This document shows, piece after piece, positions 1 to 13,600 of a DNA stretch of 64,000 nucleotides. The DNA is from Octopus vulgaris (lineage: Eukaryota): positions 76,260,001 to 76,324,000 of the forward strand of contig OX597823.1 of NCBI GenBank assembly GCA_951406725.2, in the 5' to 3' direction. Position 1 is the stretch's first letter, and every line of letters starts with the position of its first letter. The notes beneath the pieces are model-generated. The model saw only the letters and a list, made by a program, of their open reading frames with translations. It made no database searches and was not told the DNA's origin. Position numbers and translations under genes: made by a program.

Positions 1-297
1 TAGACATTTATTTTTTAATCAATGTAGTCCTCCACACAGCGTAGTTCTCCAAGCGTGCAAATACTTGATTATGTAACTGTTTCCCTGCATTATGAGATCT
101 AATTATACTTTCTACAGATAAAGAGGATCTTCTTGAAGCCAAGGATTTTGAATTTACGGAGACAATATTTACATATCGCCTGAGGAAACACAACTAGATT
201 TCATAATGAAAGGAAACAGTTGCTTAATCAAGTATCTACACGCCTGGAGAAATACAATGAGCGGAAACAATTTTAGTGATTAAAAAGCAAATGTCCA
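1..297. repeat. Old imperfect inverted repeat (MITE-like or hairpin), arms ~1-118 and ~180-297
   Basis: ttctccaagcgtgcaaatacttgattatgtaactgtttccctgcattatgagatcta aligns to the reverse complement of tagatttcataatgaaaggaaacagttgcttaatcaagtatctacacgcctggagaa; the outer tagacattt and aaatgtcca also pair. Confidence 0.75.
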
Positions 298-468
298 ACC
301 GAATTCCTTGTTGACTCCAATTTTTTTCATTTATATATTCCCACACGACAGATACCTAAAAGCAAGCCTGAAGGTCTGAAAGTATGTATTTACCCTGGAT
401 AGAACAGGGTAAATTTGAAGATGGACGAGCTTTATACTGTACTCTACTACGTTCTTAACAGGATATAC

Positions 469-520
<52 letters not shown>

Positions 521-521
<1 letters not shown>

Positions 522-709
522 GCTTAGCGGTATTTAGTCTGCTGTTACGTTCTGAGTTCAAATTCTGCCAAGGTCGACTTTACCTTTCATGCTTTCGGGG
601 TCGGTAAATAAACACCATTTACGCACTGGGGTCGATGTAGTCGACTCAATCCCTTTGTCTGTCCTTGTTTTACCCCTCTATGTTTGTCCCCTTGTGGGCA
701 ATAAAGAAA
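521..709 (+). mobile_element. SINE family A (tRNA-like head, Nin/Deu-like core), 5' truncated
   Basis: B-box gagttcaaattc, core ggtcgactttacctttcat...ggggtcg, tail ending ccccttgtgggcaataaagaaat; many copies in the window. Confidence 0.85.
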
Positions 710-982
710 TATATATATATATAAGTATAGTCATCACTAAAGTGACATAGGGTGCTATTCAACATCAGCATTGCTAGAAATAAGACCCAATACTACTCTT
801 AGGCTGTATTCCTGCTGTACTATTTCACCACAACTTTCTCTCACTCTTTCTTCTGTTGGCCAGCTCGCTTAGCCAACAGGGTGGCATCATTTGAAGGCTA
901 AAACAATGCGAAGCGCATTGTGACCAGTGATGTGTAGCAACATCTGATAGCCTGGTCGGTGATAGTGACGGTGATATGTATG

Positions 983-1033
<51 letters not shown>

Positions 1034-1035
1034 GC

Positions 1036-1552
1036 ACAAAGATATATGTGAGATATATAGATATAGAGAGAGATACATAAAGAGCGATATATTCCTACAT
1101 ACAGGTATACATTTTCTCTAGTTAAACATTACAAAGATATATGTGAGATATATATATAGAGAGATACATAAAGAGAGATATATTCCTACATACATCATCA
1201 TCATCATCTCGTGGTCGAGACAATGGAATTTACTATGTTATGCCAGACTTCACGGTCCATCATAGCATTACGGAGGTCCTGTTGCTGGATGCCTGTATCC
1301 CTGGAGATTACATCAGGGTAGGAGAGTGTGCGCCCTCTGGTATTGCGAGTAGATGGCTTCCAGAGGAGAAGAGTAGAAATTACTTCTTTTTCAGCTCTAC
1401 AACAATGTCCAGCAAACTGGACTCTCCTACCTTTCACAAGAGATGACACAGGTGGTAGTCTCCCATATATTTGCATTTTGGTTGGATGGTGCTTCCACGA
1501 GAGATTTTGAGCTCACCTACGTACATATATACATTTTCTCTAGTTAAACTTT
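1036..1552 (+). repeat. ~95 bp tandem duplication whose second copy is interrupted by a LINE
   Basis: acaaagatatatgtgaga at 1036 and 1131; the unit resumes at 1516 (cctacgtacat...attttctctagttaaac). Confidence 0.8.
1196..1515 (-). mobile_element. 5'-truncated RTE-group LINE 3' end with (GAT)n tail
   Basis: ISWKHHPTKMQIYGRLPPVS..RRVQFAGHCCR..GRTLSYPDVISRD..MDREVW, stop followed by gatgatgat; approximate TSD cctacatacat/cctacgtacat. Confidence 0.85.
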
Positions 1553-2607
1553 AATTAATCATACTGCCTGTTGACACAGTGCTTTGTTCTGGGCAGTGAG
1601 TTGGTTGTTGTCAGACCGAATGCCTTGCATTATTCATTCCTGCTCTCTGCTCTCTACAGTATTTAAAATGTCCTTATTTATGACAGGGATCTGTGATCTG
1701 AGAGGAATTTGGATGCAATTTCTCAAGTGACCACAACAAATGTTGACATTTATTTTTTTGTTATTGTTATCATTGTTAAAATTGTTATTGCCACCGCCGT
1801 AAATGTAAGAGCACTGACATGGCTAAATGGTTAAAATCATCACACTTCATGGTCATGTCATTCGTGTTTGATCCTACTAAGTTTTCTTTGTAAGATCGAG
1901 TAAATGGGAATCTTTATGGAAACCTGTCAGATGGATTTTAGATGTAATTCAAAGAGCCAGCCTTGTTATTTACTCTGTCACACACTGATACTATCTGAGA
2001 AGTGCATTAACAAAACACTTGACTGTTGAATGTTCAACCACCACTTAGCATTATAATTCAATGTACATGTAGCTTAGTTGATAGAACAAGAGGAATAGTT
2101 ATAACCTTGAAACAGTCATAGGATGCAGTTGCTTTCATTATTCTTACCTCACTCATCAGAGATGTTTTTCTTGATGATATTCATTATTTATTGTAGTATA
2201 CCATGTACCATGTCATCATAAAGGAAGGTGGCCACTTTCCTTACTAATACTTTTACAGTCTTTTCTAAGAAATCTTATTCACCTTGTTGAAAAATCACAA
2301 ACAATTTGACCATAATTTTTCCTAAGAGGAAAGAATCTTACACTAAATGCTCCTTTTTTGTTACTAAATCCTTTACAATTTTAGTCATACAATAAATACC
2401 CAATGCAGATAACCATTTCCCCAAAATTTATTGAGCTTTACTGTACACATTTGTTACTTCCAGCTATCAATAATAATAATAACAATAATAATAATGATAA
2501 GTTTTCTAACTGAAATGATTGCAGAAATTTGAAGGGAAAAGAATAATTGATTATATTGTTGCCACTATTTTCCTGAGTGAATGAAAGGTAAAGTTAACCT
2601 CACTCCA

Positions 2608-2786
2608 AGAGTGTAGTGGGTGCTTTTACGTACTACTGGCACAAGGGCCAGTCGGGTGGTACTGGCAACGGCTATACTCAAATGGTGTTTTTTACGTGCC
2701 ACCTGCACAGGAGACAGTCCAGTGGGTGGCACTGGCAATGACCTCGCTCAAATGTTTTTCCACATGCCACCGGCACAAGTGCCATT
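2608..2786 (-). mobile_element. SINE family E fragment with internal ~65 bp tandem units (gtgccaccggcac)
   Basis: Homologous to 4690-5060 and 8600-8795. Confidence 0.7.
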
Positions 2787-2789
2787 GGT

Positions 2790-2997
2790 TAAAAGTTTTG
2801 GCTAAAGCACAGCAATTTAGGGGATTAAGTTAAGTCGAATTACATTAACCCTAGGACACAACTGGTACTTATTTCATCAACCCTAGAAGGATTAAAGGCA
2901 AAGTTAACCCTGGCAGAATTTGAACTCAGAATGTAAAAATGGGCGAAATGCTACTAAGCATCTCAACTGGCATAGTAACAACTCTTCCAGCTCGTAA
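2790..2997 (-). mobile_element. Diverged SINE family A
   Basis: actggtacttatttcatcaaccc..aaggcaaagttaacc..gaatttgaactcaga. Confidence 0.75.
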
Positions 2998-3939
2998 CCT
3001 GAAAGGCAGTTAAATATTGCAAATATATTTTTCTGTTACTATAACGCAGAATCACACCAACGATTAAGCTATGCAACATCACTCAGAAATAGCTACTAGT
3101 CTCGTTTCATATCATATTCATCTGTACTAAACTCAGATAAGGTATACAGGGAAGTATAGTCTGAGAGATACACTATTTTTGGAAGCAGAAAAAGCACAAA
3201 CAAATAAAAAACATTGAAATGAAATGACCATATTTGAAATGCTTTTCATTATAGGTCTACATGAAGAAAATTGACCTGGGGTTAAGCAACAACAACAACA
3301 AAACCAATAAAACTATTATCAATAGAACTCTAATTTAAATGGGAAATTTAATTTGTTTCATTCACAGTAACTCTTTCATTCCTTCATTTGGAATATTTAA
3401 GATGAAGATATTAAAAATATTAATTAAACTCGTTTTATTTTTTTCAAAAGAGAAGAAACCTTTTAAAAGTTCATTAGACTTCTTTCTTTCTATTTTCCTC
3501 TTCTATCTAAATTCCAAATCTTGTATGCTACACTTAATATTTTACAACTTAAAAATCTTTAGTTTAGCAGAGAGGTATTCATATATGTGGTTTATAGGCT
3601 GCATGTGTATTTATGTATGTGCAGATTTATACACATTCTCTCTCTCTCTATCACTCACTCTCATGCATGCATACGCATATAAACACACATGCATGTACAC
3701 ATAATCATACAGATCTGAGACCAATTCTTCTAAACATTTTCTAGTTCATTGCATCCATGCCACTTCACCTCCTCTCCAGTTCCTCTTACCTCGTTCCTTG
3801 GAACACACAAATTTGTTGCACACCAGTACAGATAATGTTTTCATTAGTATGAGAGCATAAATGTTAATGAAACATAATAAATTACAGTTAACTGACTCCA
3901 TCTTTGTAGGATTTGAACTCACTGCTATATAGACATGAG

Positions 3940-4272
3940 GAGGAGACCCCCTTCAGTCATGAATGACCATGGTATTGCACCCAGAAAGTTACCCTCCGAG
4001 GCATAAGTCAGGGCAAGATTGTTTGTAGAAGGCTAGCAGTCGCCCATGCATACAAGCCTCACCACTCCACACCACTGATGTTATCTAAGGGAAAGGCCAA
4101 TACAGTTTGGCCCCAGTGATGTTGCAACTCATTTCTACAGATGAGTTAACTGGAGCAACATGAAATAAAGTGTCTTGCTCAAGAACAAAATACACAGCCC
4201 AGTCCAGGAATTGAACTCACAACCTCAGGATCGTAAGCTCTACACTCTAACCACTAAGCCATGTGCCTTCAC
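3940..4272 (-). mobile_element. tRNA-derived SINE (family D head, distinct tail, possibly RTE-related)
   Basis: A/B boxes tggcttagtggtt and gagttcaattcc, cttgagcaag motif, TSD tatatagaca on both sides. Confidence 0.8.
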
Positions 4273-4399
4273 TTATATAGACATATGAGACTAATTTTTG
4301 CTGGTTTCTGCTGAATTCAATTTTGTGATAATACTTATGATCACACAATAATTTTAAAATGCTAGTAATAACTCCACTACCACATCATTCTGGTTCCGT

Positions 4400-4660
4400 A
4401 CCCCTTGAGCAACATCAAAATTCACTCATCCATCCACAAACACTCTCCAAGCTTTCCTATCATTTATAAACTCTCTTGCCTCTCTCACTCCAACACCTCT
4501 AACCACCAAAAATTTCCTCACTCCATCCTTCCACACAAACCAAGGTCTGCCTATGGTTCTGCTGTCTACCACTTCTGCCTTCATCACCCCAGTTACCATC
4601 TGCTCCTTTTCCATCCTCTCTATGTGGGCAAACCACATCAACATCCATCTATCCATTTTG
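4400..4660 (-). mobile_element. RTE-clade LINE C-terminal fragment
   Basis: LMWFAHIERM..GRPWFVWKDGV..DRKAWR matches the RTE motif LRWFGHVERM..GRPRKRW.D.V..DR..WR. Confidence 0.8.
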
Positions 4661-4689
4661 GTTGTTAGTTTTTTTTTTTCCTCTCATTC

Positions 4690-5060
4690 TTATTTGGCAG
4701 AGTTTCTACAGCTGCATGTTCCTCCTGACGCCAATCGCTCTCAGAGTATAGTAGGTACTTTTACGTGCCACCGGCACAAGGGCCAGTCAGGCGGTACTAG
4801 CAATGGCCACGCTCAAATGGTGTTTTTTACATGCCACCTGCATAGGAGCCAGTCCAGTGGCACTGCCAAAGACCTCGCAAGAATGTTTTTTAAATGTGTC
4901 ACCGACACAAGGGTCCGTAAGGCGACACTGGTAATGATCATGCTCGAATGATGTATTTTACGTGCCACCAGCATGGAAGCAAGTTTGCTGCTCTGGCAAC
5001 GATCACTCTCGGATGGTTCTCTTAGCACTCCACTAGCATGGATGTCAGTCATCAAATTTG
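4690..5060 (-). mobile_element. SINE family E (V-domain-like, internal tandem units)
   Basis: About four repeats of ttttacgtgccaccggcac..; reverse strand reads ggcgtcaggagg..cagctgtagaaactctgcc. Confidence 0.75.
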
Positions 5061-5078
5061 ATTTCGATTAATATATAT

Positions 5079-5144
5079 ATATATGAAAGAAGGTTTGAAA
5101 ATGCAATTTTAAAAGATTGTATTTTCAAACCTTCTTTCATATAT
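5079..5144. repeat. ~29 bp inverted repeat in a short insert between TA tracts
   Basis: atatgaaagaaggtttgaaaatgcaat / attgtattttcaaaccttctttcatat. Confidence 0.85.
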
Positions 5145-6674
5145 AATTCCACTCGTGCAGTACCTTACAACTCCACTTTGTTACATATATATATATATAT
5201 ATATATTACACAGATGTTTATGGCACAATGCATTCACTGTGTGAGATTTGAACCTGTCAGCCATAAGTTAGCAATAGAATACCTTATTGCCAAACATTTC
5301 ATATATCATATATAAATGCAGTATTATTTTGTCTGATGTAACTGAAAAATTGTTGCATATTGTTTCTCATAGTGTGAAAATTACCATTTAAATCCCTCAC
5401 AAGAAGAAATGGGAAATTTATGAATAGTAGATGAAGAATTAAGTGAATAACAGCAAATGTTAGGCATCTTTTTTTTTTCATTTTTCATAGAATTATTCCT
5501 TTAAAACAGAAGCAATTTATTTGTTGAATTCTTATCTAGCAAATATTAAAATATGAAAGACTTTGAAAATTTCCTTGAAAATTAGAAAATTAAATATCAG
5601 AGAATAAATATAACCAAAATGCATGAAAATAAATATAAAACAAATCAAAAGTGAAATAGTTTAAAATTTACAAAAAAATGGTTACTGCTTTTAAGATCTT
5701 TATTAAATATTTTGTTAACTGTTAGTTAATGAAAACTTAAGTTAGTAATAAACAGATAGCATAATAATAGTTAAAAAGATTAGTATTCCATCATTTCCAT
5801 TTCATCTGCAAACAGCAATAATTGCACAGTGTTCGAATAGAATATGCTAATGTGGTTATGGTATGTATTGGATTATTCATTTGAAAGGGTAAGAATAAAT
5901 ATGATATGTGCATTGGAATTATTTAAAACTTCAAGGTCTGGCATATTATCAACACAGGGAACAACTAAAACTGTCATAATTGCAACAAATCTTAGCCTTT
6001 ATTAGCTTTGAGAAAATATTGATGGCCTTCATAGTAAAAAAAATATTGTTGACGTGTATAAATTATTAAAAATTTTAGGCTGTGAACAAACAAGAATCCT
6101 GACAAGAATAGGAAACTAGTATCTCTCATCAATGTAGACTACCATACACATATTACCATCATCATCATCATCATCATCATCATAATCATGATTATGACCA
6201 TCACCACCAATTTTGTCTCTCAGCCATCATTCCACACCGCTCATCTTCCTAACACCCATCCTGACATCACTCATCTAACAATGGGACTATTCAAATGCTG
6301 TAAACATACAACAACAGAATCTGCACATATTTCATATTTTTTGTGCCTCTAGTCACCTCCCAATCTCCCTGAAACCACTTCCTTTTAACATCTATCCCTC
6401 ATTCTCAATAGCATCCCTTCTCACTTTATGTTCCGCAGATCATTCCTTTCAGTGCTGTCAATTATCTCACCCTCCCTTCTAAGTTACATCTTCAGTTTAC
6501 CATTCTTCATCTTTAAGCCCTCTCCTATCTACTTTCATTCTCAACACCCTCTCATATCTGCCATCAGAAGACCACCCCCACCTCTTTCTCCCATTCACTG
6601 TAACTACCACTACTTAACTCTGACCTCCATCTTCGTCCTTAGTTATCATTCTTTTCTTTGTATATCATACATAG

Positions 6675-6978
6675 GGTGGAGGCACATGGCCTAGTGGTTA
6701 GAGCAGCGGACTCGCGGTCGAGGGATCGCGGGTTCAAATCTCAAATTTGGCGATATGTATGTTTATGAGTGAAACGCCTAAGCTCCACGCGGCTCCGGCA
6801 GAAGGTAATGGCAAACTTCTGCTGACTCTTTTGCCACAACTTCCTCTCATTCTTTCCTCCTGCATCTTGCAGCTTACCTGTGACGGACCGGCGTCCCGTC
6901 CAGGTGGGGAACCTATATGCCAAGGAAACTGGGAAACCGGCCCTTATGAGCCAGGCATGGCTTGAGAAGGAACAAACA
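6675..6978 (+). mobile_element. SINE family C (tRNA-Arg-like head, MetaSINE-like domain)
   Basis: tggcctagtggtt..gggttcaaatc; gacggaccggcgtcccgtccagg..gaaactggg; homologous copy at 19885-20192. Confidence 0.85.
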
Positions 6979-8369
6979 TTCCTAGGGAGACTTATCAAAG
7001 ATTCATGGATGGATTTGCTAAAAATGTAAAAATTGTGTTGGTTGCATGAGATTCCACCTCCTGTAATCGAATACGAAAAACTGAAAAGAAAAATTCTAAT
7101 GTAATTTTGTGAAAAAGAAAAAAAGGACTATTGAAATTGATATTTATTTTATGAAAAAGAGAAAAACTCTAAACGTAACCACTCGAGTTTGGGGGTCGAG
7201 TAAGCATTGCACCTCATTTTATACTCTTTCATATTATGATTCGTTTCTTTTATTTTTTCTTCTTATTTCATCTTCTTTTTGTAATTTTTAAGTTCTCCAA
7301 GTTTATGTTTGTCACGTTTTGTATTTTCCCATTCTTTGTATAGCGTCCTGTGGATAATAAAAAATCACCTTGTATATCATTCTCTCTCTTCCCACTCTCC
7401 CATCCTGCACATCATCTCCCTTATTTTTTGATAAACCTACAGGTTTAATTATGTTGTATTACAGGAAGAATAGTCTGCAAACTTTGGTAATTACTTTTCA
7501 TAATAAATTCTTCCATATATGAAGAGCTTGCTTTCAAAACCAGATATAAGCATCAGAATGACTTTCACGTAATTGTTTAAACCAACAAATTGAATATACC
7601 TGATTTTAATTGGATGATTAAGATTTGCCTACTGTCGATATGGCATCTATCCCAGTTTGACTGTAAAAAATTTCACGTCCATGAAGCCAGCAGCTTTCAG
7701 ATTGTGTTTTAATAGTTATCATGAAATTGACCAAATATGCATTTATACCGGGTTTGAAAGTAAGCTCTTCATAGTATATGCTATGCCATCCATGGGTATG
7801 TAGTGTTCTCACTGCTTATATAAGGGAGTTATCCCTGCCCATATTACCTATTTACGGGTATTTTCTTTGTGACACCTGCCAACAGTTTTAGATTTAATTT
7901 TAGACAGTATGGTGAGGATTTTCTTTGCTTTTGTGCTAGAATATTGGAAAATGGTTGATCTTTAGAATCTTTTTCATACTCAGAATAAATATCTGCTTTT
8001 AGCCTCTTAGTTCTATTTACATTTAAAGAAAGTTCTATAATATTTTATTAATTATATTGTTAGAAACATTGCACAAGGAAATACAAAAAGTCATTTTGGC
8101 AGCTACAGCAGTCTTTCATTCTTTTATTTTATTGGAGAGTATTGTAGTTCGCTTGAAGCATTGTGTATTGTTTGTAAAGAATAAAAACTTTTGAATGGTA
8201 TAACAATGCACTATAATACAAACAATGGGTTATATACCTGTTGTAATTTAGTCATCCATAGTCTCATATGATATTTCAGAATAATATTCCTTCTTCAGAT
8301 ATTCTTCGATGGAGGCGCTGCTATAATCAGTATTCTAATGGCTTTCCTTCTTTTTCATATTATTATTTT

Positions 8370-8795
8370 TTTACTTGTTTCAGTCAGTTGACTTGCAGCT
8401 ATGCTGGAGCACCGCCTTAAAGGTCTCGATCAAATAAATTAACCCCAGGACTTTCTTTGCTTAAGCCTATTACTTATTCTGTCAAACTTTTTTGCTGAAC
8501 CACTAAGTCACATGGACATAAACACACCAGTATTAGTTGTCAAACGATGGTGGGGGGACTAACACTGACACACACCATGTAAAAAGCAAAATCCAAACGT
8601 ACTTGATACCAGTCTCCTCCTCACCCGCCCTCTACTGGCTCTTGTGCCGGTGGCATGTAAAAACCACCCACTACACTCTCAGAGTGGTTGGTGTTAGGAA
8701 GGGCATCCACCTGTTGAAACCTTGCCAGTCCCCAGTGAAACCATCAAACCCATACCAGCATGGGAAACAGACGCTAAACGATGATGGTGATGATA
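8370..8795. mobile_element. Family B 3' part (minus) followed by family E 3' part (plus)
   Basis: tttcagtcagttgact..gctggagcaccgcc; ggaagggcatccacctg..ccagcatgg..gatgatg. Confidence 0.75.
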
Positions 8796-8984
8796 TATAT
8801 ATATATATATAATCCAAACATGAAAGCACAAAGAGAAAGGAAAGGAAAGAAAGAAGGAGGATTTAACGTTTTGAGCGGTGCTCTTCATCTGAAACATAGG
8901 AAAAGGAAAGATCCAAGGAAGGGAAAACGGAGGAAAAAATCGCCAACGGTACACATGCGGTCACATTTTTATTTACATATATAT

Positions 8985-10025
8985 ATACAATGGGCTTCTT
9001 TAAGTTTCCATCTACCAAATCAACTCACAAGGCTTTGTTTGGTCTGAGACTATAGTAGAAGAGACTTGCCCAAAATGCCATGCAGGAGTGGCTGTGTGGT
9101 AAGTAGCTTGCTAACCAGCCACATGGTTCCGGGTTCAGTCCCACTGCGTGGCATCTTGGGCAAGTGTCTTCTGCTATAGCCCCGGGCCGACCAATGCCTT
9201 ATGAGTGGATTTGGTAGACGGAAACTGAAAAAGCCTGTCGTATATATGTATATATATATATATATATGTATGAGTGTGTATATGTTTGTGTGTCTGTGTT
9301 TGTCTCCCCTAGCATTGCTTGACAACCGATGCTGGTGTGTTTACGTCCCCGTCACTTAGCGGTTCAGCAAAAGAGACCGATAGAATAAGTACTGGGCTTA
9401 CAAAGAATAAGTCCCGGGGTCGATTTGCTCGACTAAAGGCGGTGCTCCAGCATGGCCACAGTCAAATGACTGAAACAAGTAAAAGAGTAAAAGAGAGAGA
9501 GAGTGAAACTGAACCTAGAACCATGTGGTTTGGAAGCAAGCTTCTTATTTCTTTATTACACACAAGGGGCTTAACATAGAGGGGACAAACAAGGACAGAC
9601 AAAAGGATTAAGTCGATTACATCGACCCCAGTGCGTAACTGGTACTTAATTTATCGACCCCAAAAGGATGAAAGGCAAAGTTGACTTTGGCGGAATTTGA
9701 ATTCAGAACGTAACGGAAGATGAAATACTGTTAAGCATTTTGCCCGGTGTGCTAACGTTTCTACCAGCTCACCGCCTAGTGACTAAAATATTTCTCAGCT
9801 AATCTAATCCTTATTGAATTTAAACACAATATTCTCCTTGCAACACATACAATTGGAAAAGTATCATTTAAATTAATATTTGTGTCGTATTTGAACTCAG
9901 AATGTAACGGCAGATGAAATACTGTTAAGCATTTCGCCCAGTGTGCTAACGATTCTGCCAGCTCACCACCTTGTTTCAGTCAGGTCGCCGCCTTGGAAGC
10001 AAGCTTCTTACCACACAGCCACACC
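8985..10025. mobile_element. Nested SINE cluster: old minus family B split by a full plus family B (9082-9500) and a composite minus family A insert (9548-9992)
   Basis: The host SINE sequence resumes after each insert; 18 bp TSD ttggaagcaagcttctta at 9530-9547 and 9993-10010. Confidence 0.85.
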
Positions 10026-11009
10026 AATAAAAATATAAGATATATTTAATTTCTCCCAACACCCTTGCATCTGCGCTGTAGAGAATTTTAGCAAAATCAC
10101 AGGCTCTTTAAGTCAGAGCTTTCATTGTCAAAACAGGTTATTGTATTTCAAATATTCACTTTCCTCTAATGCATAATGCAGTGAAATTAGTTGTGAAAAT
10201 GATTTGCTAAGTTTACAGTTTAGCTTTGCATCACCAGACACATTAGTTAAGATAATATACCTTTGCTGTCTGATTTACTAACCACATCAACAAAGTAATT
10301 TTTGACTGAATTAGAAATTAATGATTTGTTTTTATTTCTATTAGTTTCTCAATTTAGAACCTTAAGAGACGTATATGAATGGAACATTAAATATCATTGT
10401 ATGAAATTTTGATGTCTTCTCAGTCTGCAGAACCAAGTTTGGTCTGATTCTCAGTGACCCAGCTGGAATCGATTGCCATATCCAAATCAATTTGCATGCT
10501 GCTACAATATAATTTACCAGTGTTGGATTTAACATGTAAGTAAAGCTGTATTTGCTTCTAACACTGTCAGGCCATATTCCCAATATACCAGGAATTTCAG
10601 ATTTGACACTCTGCTGAATTACCATTATAAAAGTAATAAGGGAAGACCTTAGTTAAAACCAGGCCAGACTCATATAAATCAGCCAATCAGAGAATAAAGA
10701 TTTGTCATAACTGCAGTATTAGCTTGTTCACAAATGTATTATCAGAAATAAAGTGTCTGGAATTATTTCTCTGATTTAATTTGACCACGAAGTGAATCTC
10801 CCTACAACCAGGCACACCTGGCAAGGAAAGTATGTATACACCTGCAGATGTACTGCAGAAATGAAATACTCTGAAGGAGAAGAACTGAAATTGGATCCAA
10901 TGTATAATGATGATAATTTAGAATCATTTGACAAGTATGGAAGTTTTGAAATTCAAGATGAAGTTGGAAGTGATGTTCATATTTCACGTACTCTTTCTCT
11001 CTCTCTCTC

Positions 11010-11218
11010 TCTCTCACTCTTTTATTTGTTTCAGTCATTTGACTGTGGCCATGCTGGAGCACCGCCTTTAATTGAGCATATCGCCTTCAGGTCTTATTCT
11101 TTCTAAGCCTAGTACTTATTCTATCGGTCTCTTTTGCCGAACTGCAAAGTTACGGGGACGTAAACACACCAGCATCGGCTGTCAAGGAATGTTGGGGGGG
11201 ACAAACACATATACACAG

Positions 11219-11263
<45 letters not shown>

Positions 11264-11575
11264 TTTGAAAACCCCACTAGAATGGGAGAAAGCGCTAATG
11301 ATCTAAGTGATATGATATATATATATAAAAAATGTAATATACAAATAAATATCTGTAAATATAAACCATCTGATTTTCTGAGTACCTCATTTCTTCTAAT
11401 ATATACATATATATATACGATGGGCTTCTTTCAGTTTCCGCCTACCAAATCCACTCACAAGGCTTTGGTCAGCCCGAGGCTACAGCAGAAGACACTTGCT
11501 CAAGGTGCCACACAGTGGGACTGAACCTGGAACCATGTGGTTGGTAAGCAAGTTACTTACCACACAGCCACTCCT
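11010..11575 (-). mobile_element. SINE family B with extra inserts in its internal TA tract
   Basis: Head ggagtggctgtgtggtaag, ttgagcaag motif and tail gactgaaacaa on the minus strand. Confidence 0.85.
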
Positions 11576-11814
11576 AACTGAAAGGAATGCAACAGAAAAA
11601 TAAAAAGGAAAATTGGTACACCAAATTGACATACTAGAATTAGATTGAAGACATATCAGTTTTAAGTAAGAACATAGTTTATATATGTTTCTGTCAGGTG
11701 GCTTTCAATAAATCACTTTCTGTTTTTAGAAGGTTCATTTTAAAGTGTATTGGCTGTTGAATTTAGGCCCAGATATGGATTATATCAACTTAGTCATGAC
11801 TGACAAGGTTAATT

Positions 11815-12046
11815 TTATTTCTTTATTGCCCACAATGACTAAACATAGAGGGTACAAACATGGACAGACAAAGGAATAGAGTCGATTACATCGACCCCAG
11901 TGTGTAACTGGTAGTTAATTTATCGACCCCAAAAGGATGAAAGGTTAAGTCGACCTCGGCGGAATTTGAACTCAGAACGTAATGGCAGACGAAATACGGC
12001 TACTCATTTCGCCCGGCGTGCTAACGTTTCTGCCAGCTCGCCACCT
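11815..12046 (-). mobile_element. SINE family A, full length
   Basis: Matches the other copies; approximate TSD acaaggttaat/acaaagttaat. Confidence 0.9.
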
Positions 12047-12687
12047 TAACAAAGTTAATCTTGTCTTTCATATACAGAAGCATAGAAACTAAATTTTGTT
12101 TTTCACACTTCTCACTGGTTTCTTACATATTCAGTGTCACGAAGATAAATGTGCCTGGCCCTTGGATATATCGCATGATGTGTTTACATTTAAAGTATTT
12201 GACTGAACAGATCTAAGATATTCCAGCTATAGCTTTCTTGTATTTTCTTCTTCAATCTTAGACTTCATTATTCAACTCATTTGTATAGATGGTAGAGTGT
12301 GATTTAAAAAAACATGTATCTGTATATCCCATTATATCGTATCATTGGTTGCAGGTTTCCTGTTAACCAATCATTGGTTCATTACATTTATGATGAGGAC
12401 AGTGTGACATGGAAGCATCTGGCAGCTTAAGCAAATGAATGCTACGGAGAATTTTTATTCAAGAACAGTGGTCTAGCGCCAATTTACATCTTCCGGTGAT
12501 ACACTTATACACATAGACACACACACAATTCTAGATACATACACACACTCATGCACAATACTGCATACATACACACATACACAGGCATGTGCTCACACAC
12601 ACATGCACACAATCACACACACATACTCATACATGCACACAGACATATGCACACATACATACACACACTCCTACACGTACATTTCAA

Positions 12688-13118
12688 GGCGGCGAGCTGG
12701 CAGAAACTTTAGCATGACAGGCGAAATGCTTAGCAGTATTTTGTCTGCCGCTACGTTCTGAGTTCAAATTCCGCCGAGGTTAACTTAGCTTTTCATCCCT
12801 TCGGGGTCGATAAATTAAGTACCACTTATGCACTGGGGTCGTTGTAATCGACTTAATCCCTTTATCTGTCCTTGTTTGTCCCCTCTATGTGTAGCCCTTT
12901 GTGGGCAGTAAAGAAATAAGAAATGTTAACACGCCGGGCGAAATGCTTAGCGATATTTCGTCTCCCGCTACGTTCTGAGTTCAAATTCCGCCGAGGTTGA
13001 CTTAGCCTTTCATCCTTTCAAGGTTGATTAAATAAGTACCAGTTACGCACTGGGGCCGATATAAAAGACTTAATCCGTTTGTCTGTCCTTGCTTGTCCCC
13101 TCTATGTTTAGCCCCTTA
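12688..13118 (+). mobile_element. SINE family A tandem dimer
   Basis: ggcggcgagctggcagaaac head; second unit starts ~12920. Confidence 0.9.
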
Positions 13119-13600
13119 TGCACATATACATACATATACACACATATACATACTGTTTCTATCAACAAAAATCACAATGCTTTTGGTCAATATGTATCTA
13201 ATGACAGAGCAGACTTACCCCAATGTTGCAAGGTGGAACTGAACCTTGAAACACATGGTTCTGAAGCAAACTTCTTTACCACACAACCATGAGGGAGATT
13301 GGGTTGCTACTTCTAGCAGACAATGCAACCACGAAGCTTCTCCCTCCTTAGCTCATCTGTATTCAAGAAGATAAGTAAGTAGCAGAGCTAAAACTGTGGC
13401 ATCGATATATCATTTGCAGTTCAGTTCAATTACAAATGCCATCTGCTTTGAATAATCCACCTTCAATAAAAGATGTGAAATCTATACAAAAATCTAACCA
13501 ATTTACAAAGTTACAGTCTAAAGAGTTATCTGAGAGTCCATGAGTCGGCGTAGGTGGAGGGGAGAATATATGATAATGAATATGTATAGACGTGTTTGTG

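Noticed and set aside
6675-6750. tRNA-like sequences (also at 63196, 12688, 39464)
   Set aside because: SINE heads without a complete acceptor stem, followed by SINE bodies.
7618-7812. Minus ORFs at 7618-7812 and 10362-10625 in unique sequence
   Set aside because: Short, with no recognisable homology or convincing splice sites.
10792-10990. Acidic ORF MKYSEGEELKLDPMY..
   Set aside because: No recognisable family, and it runs into a SINE; could be transposon debris.
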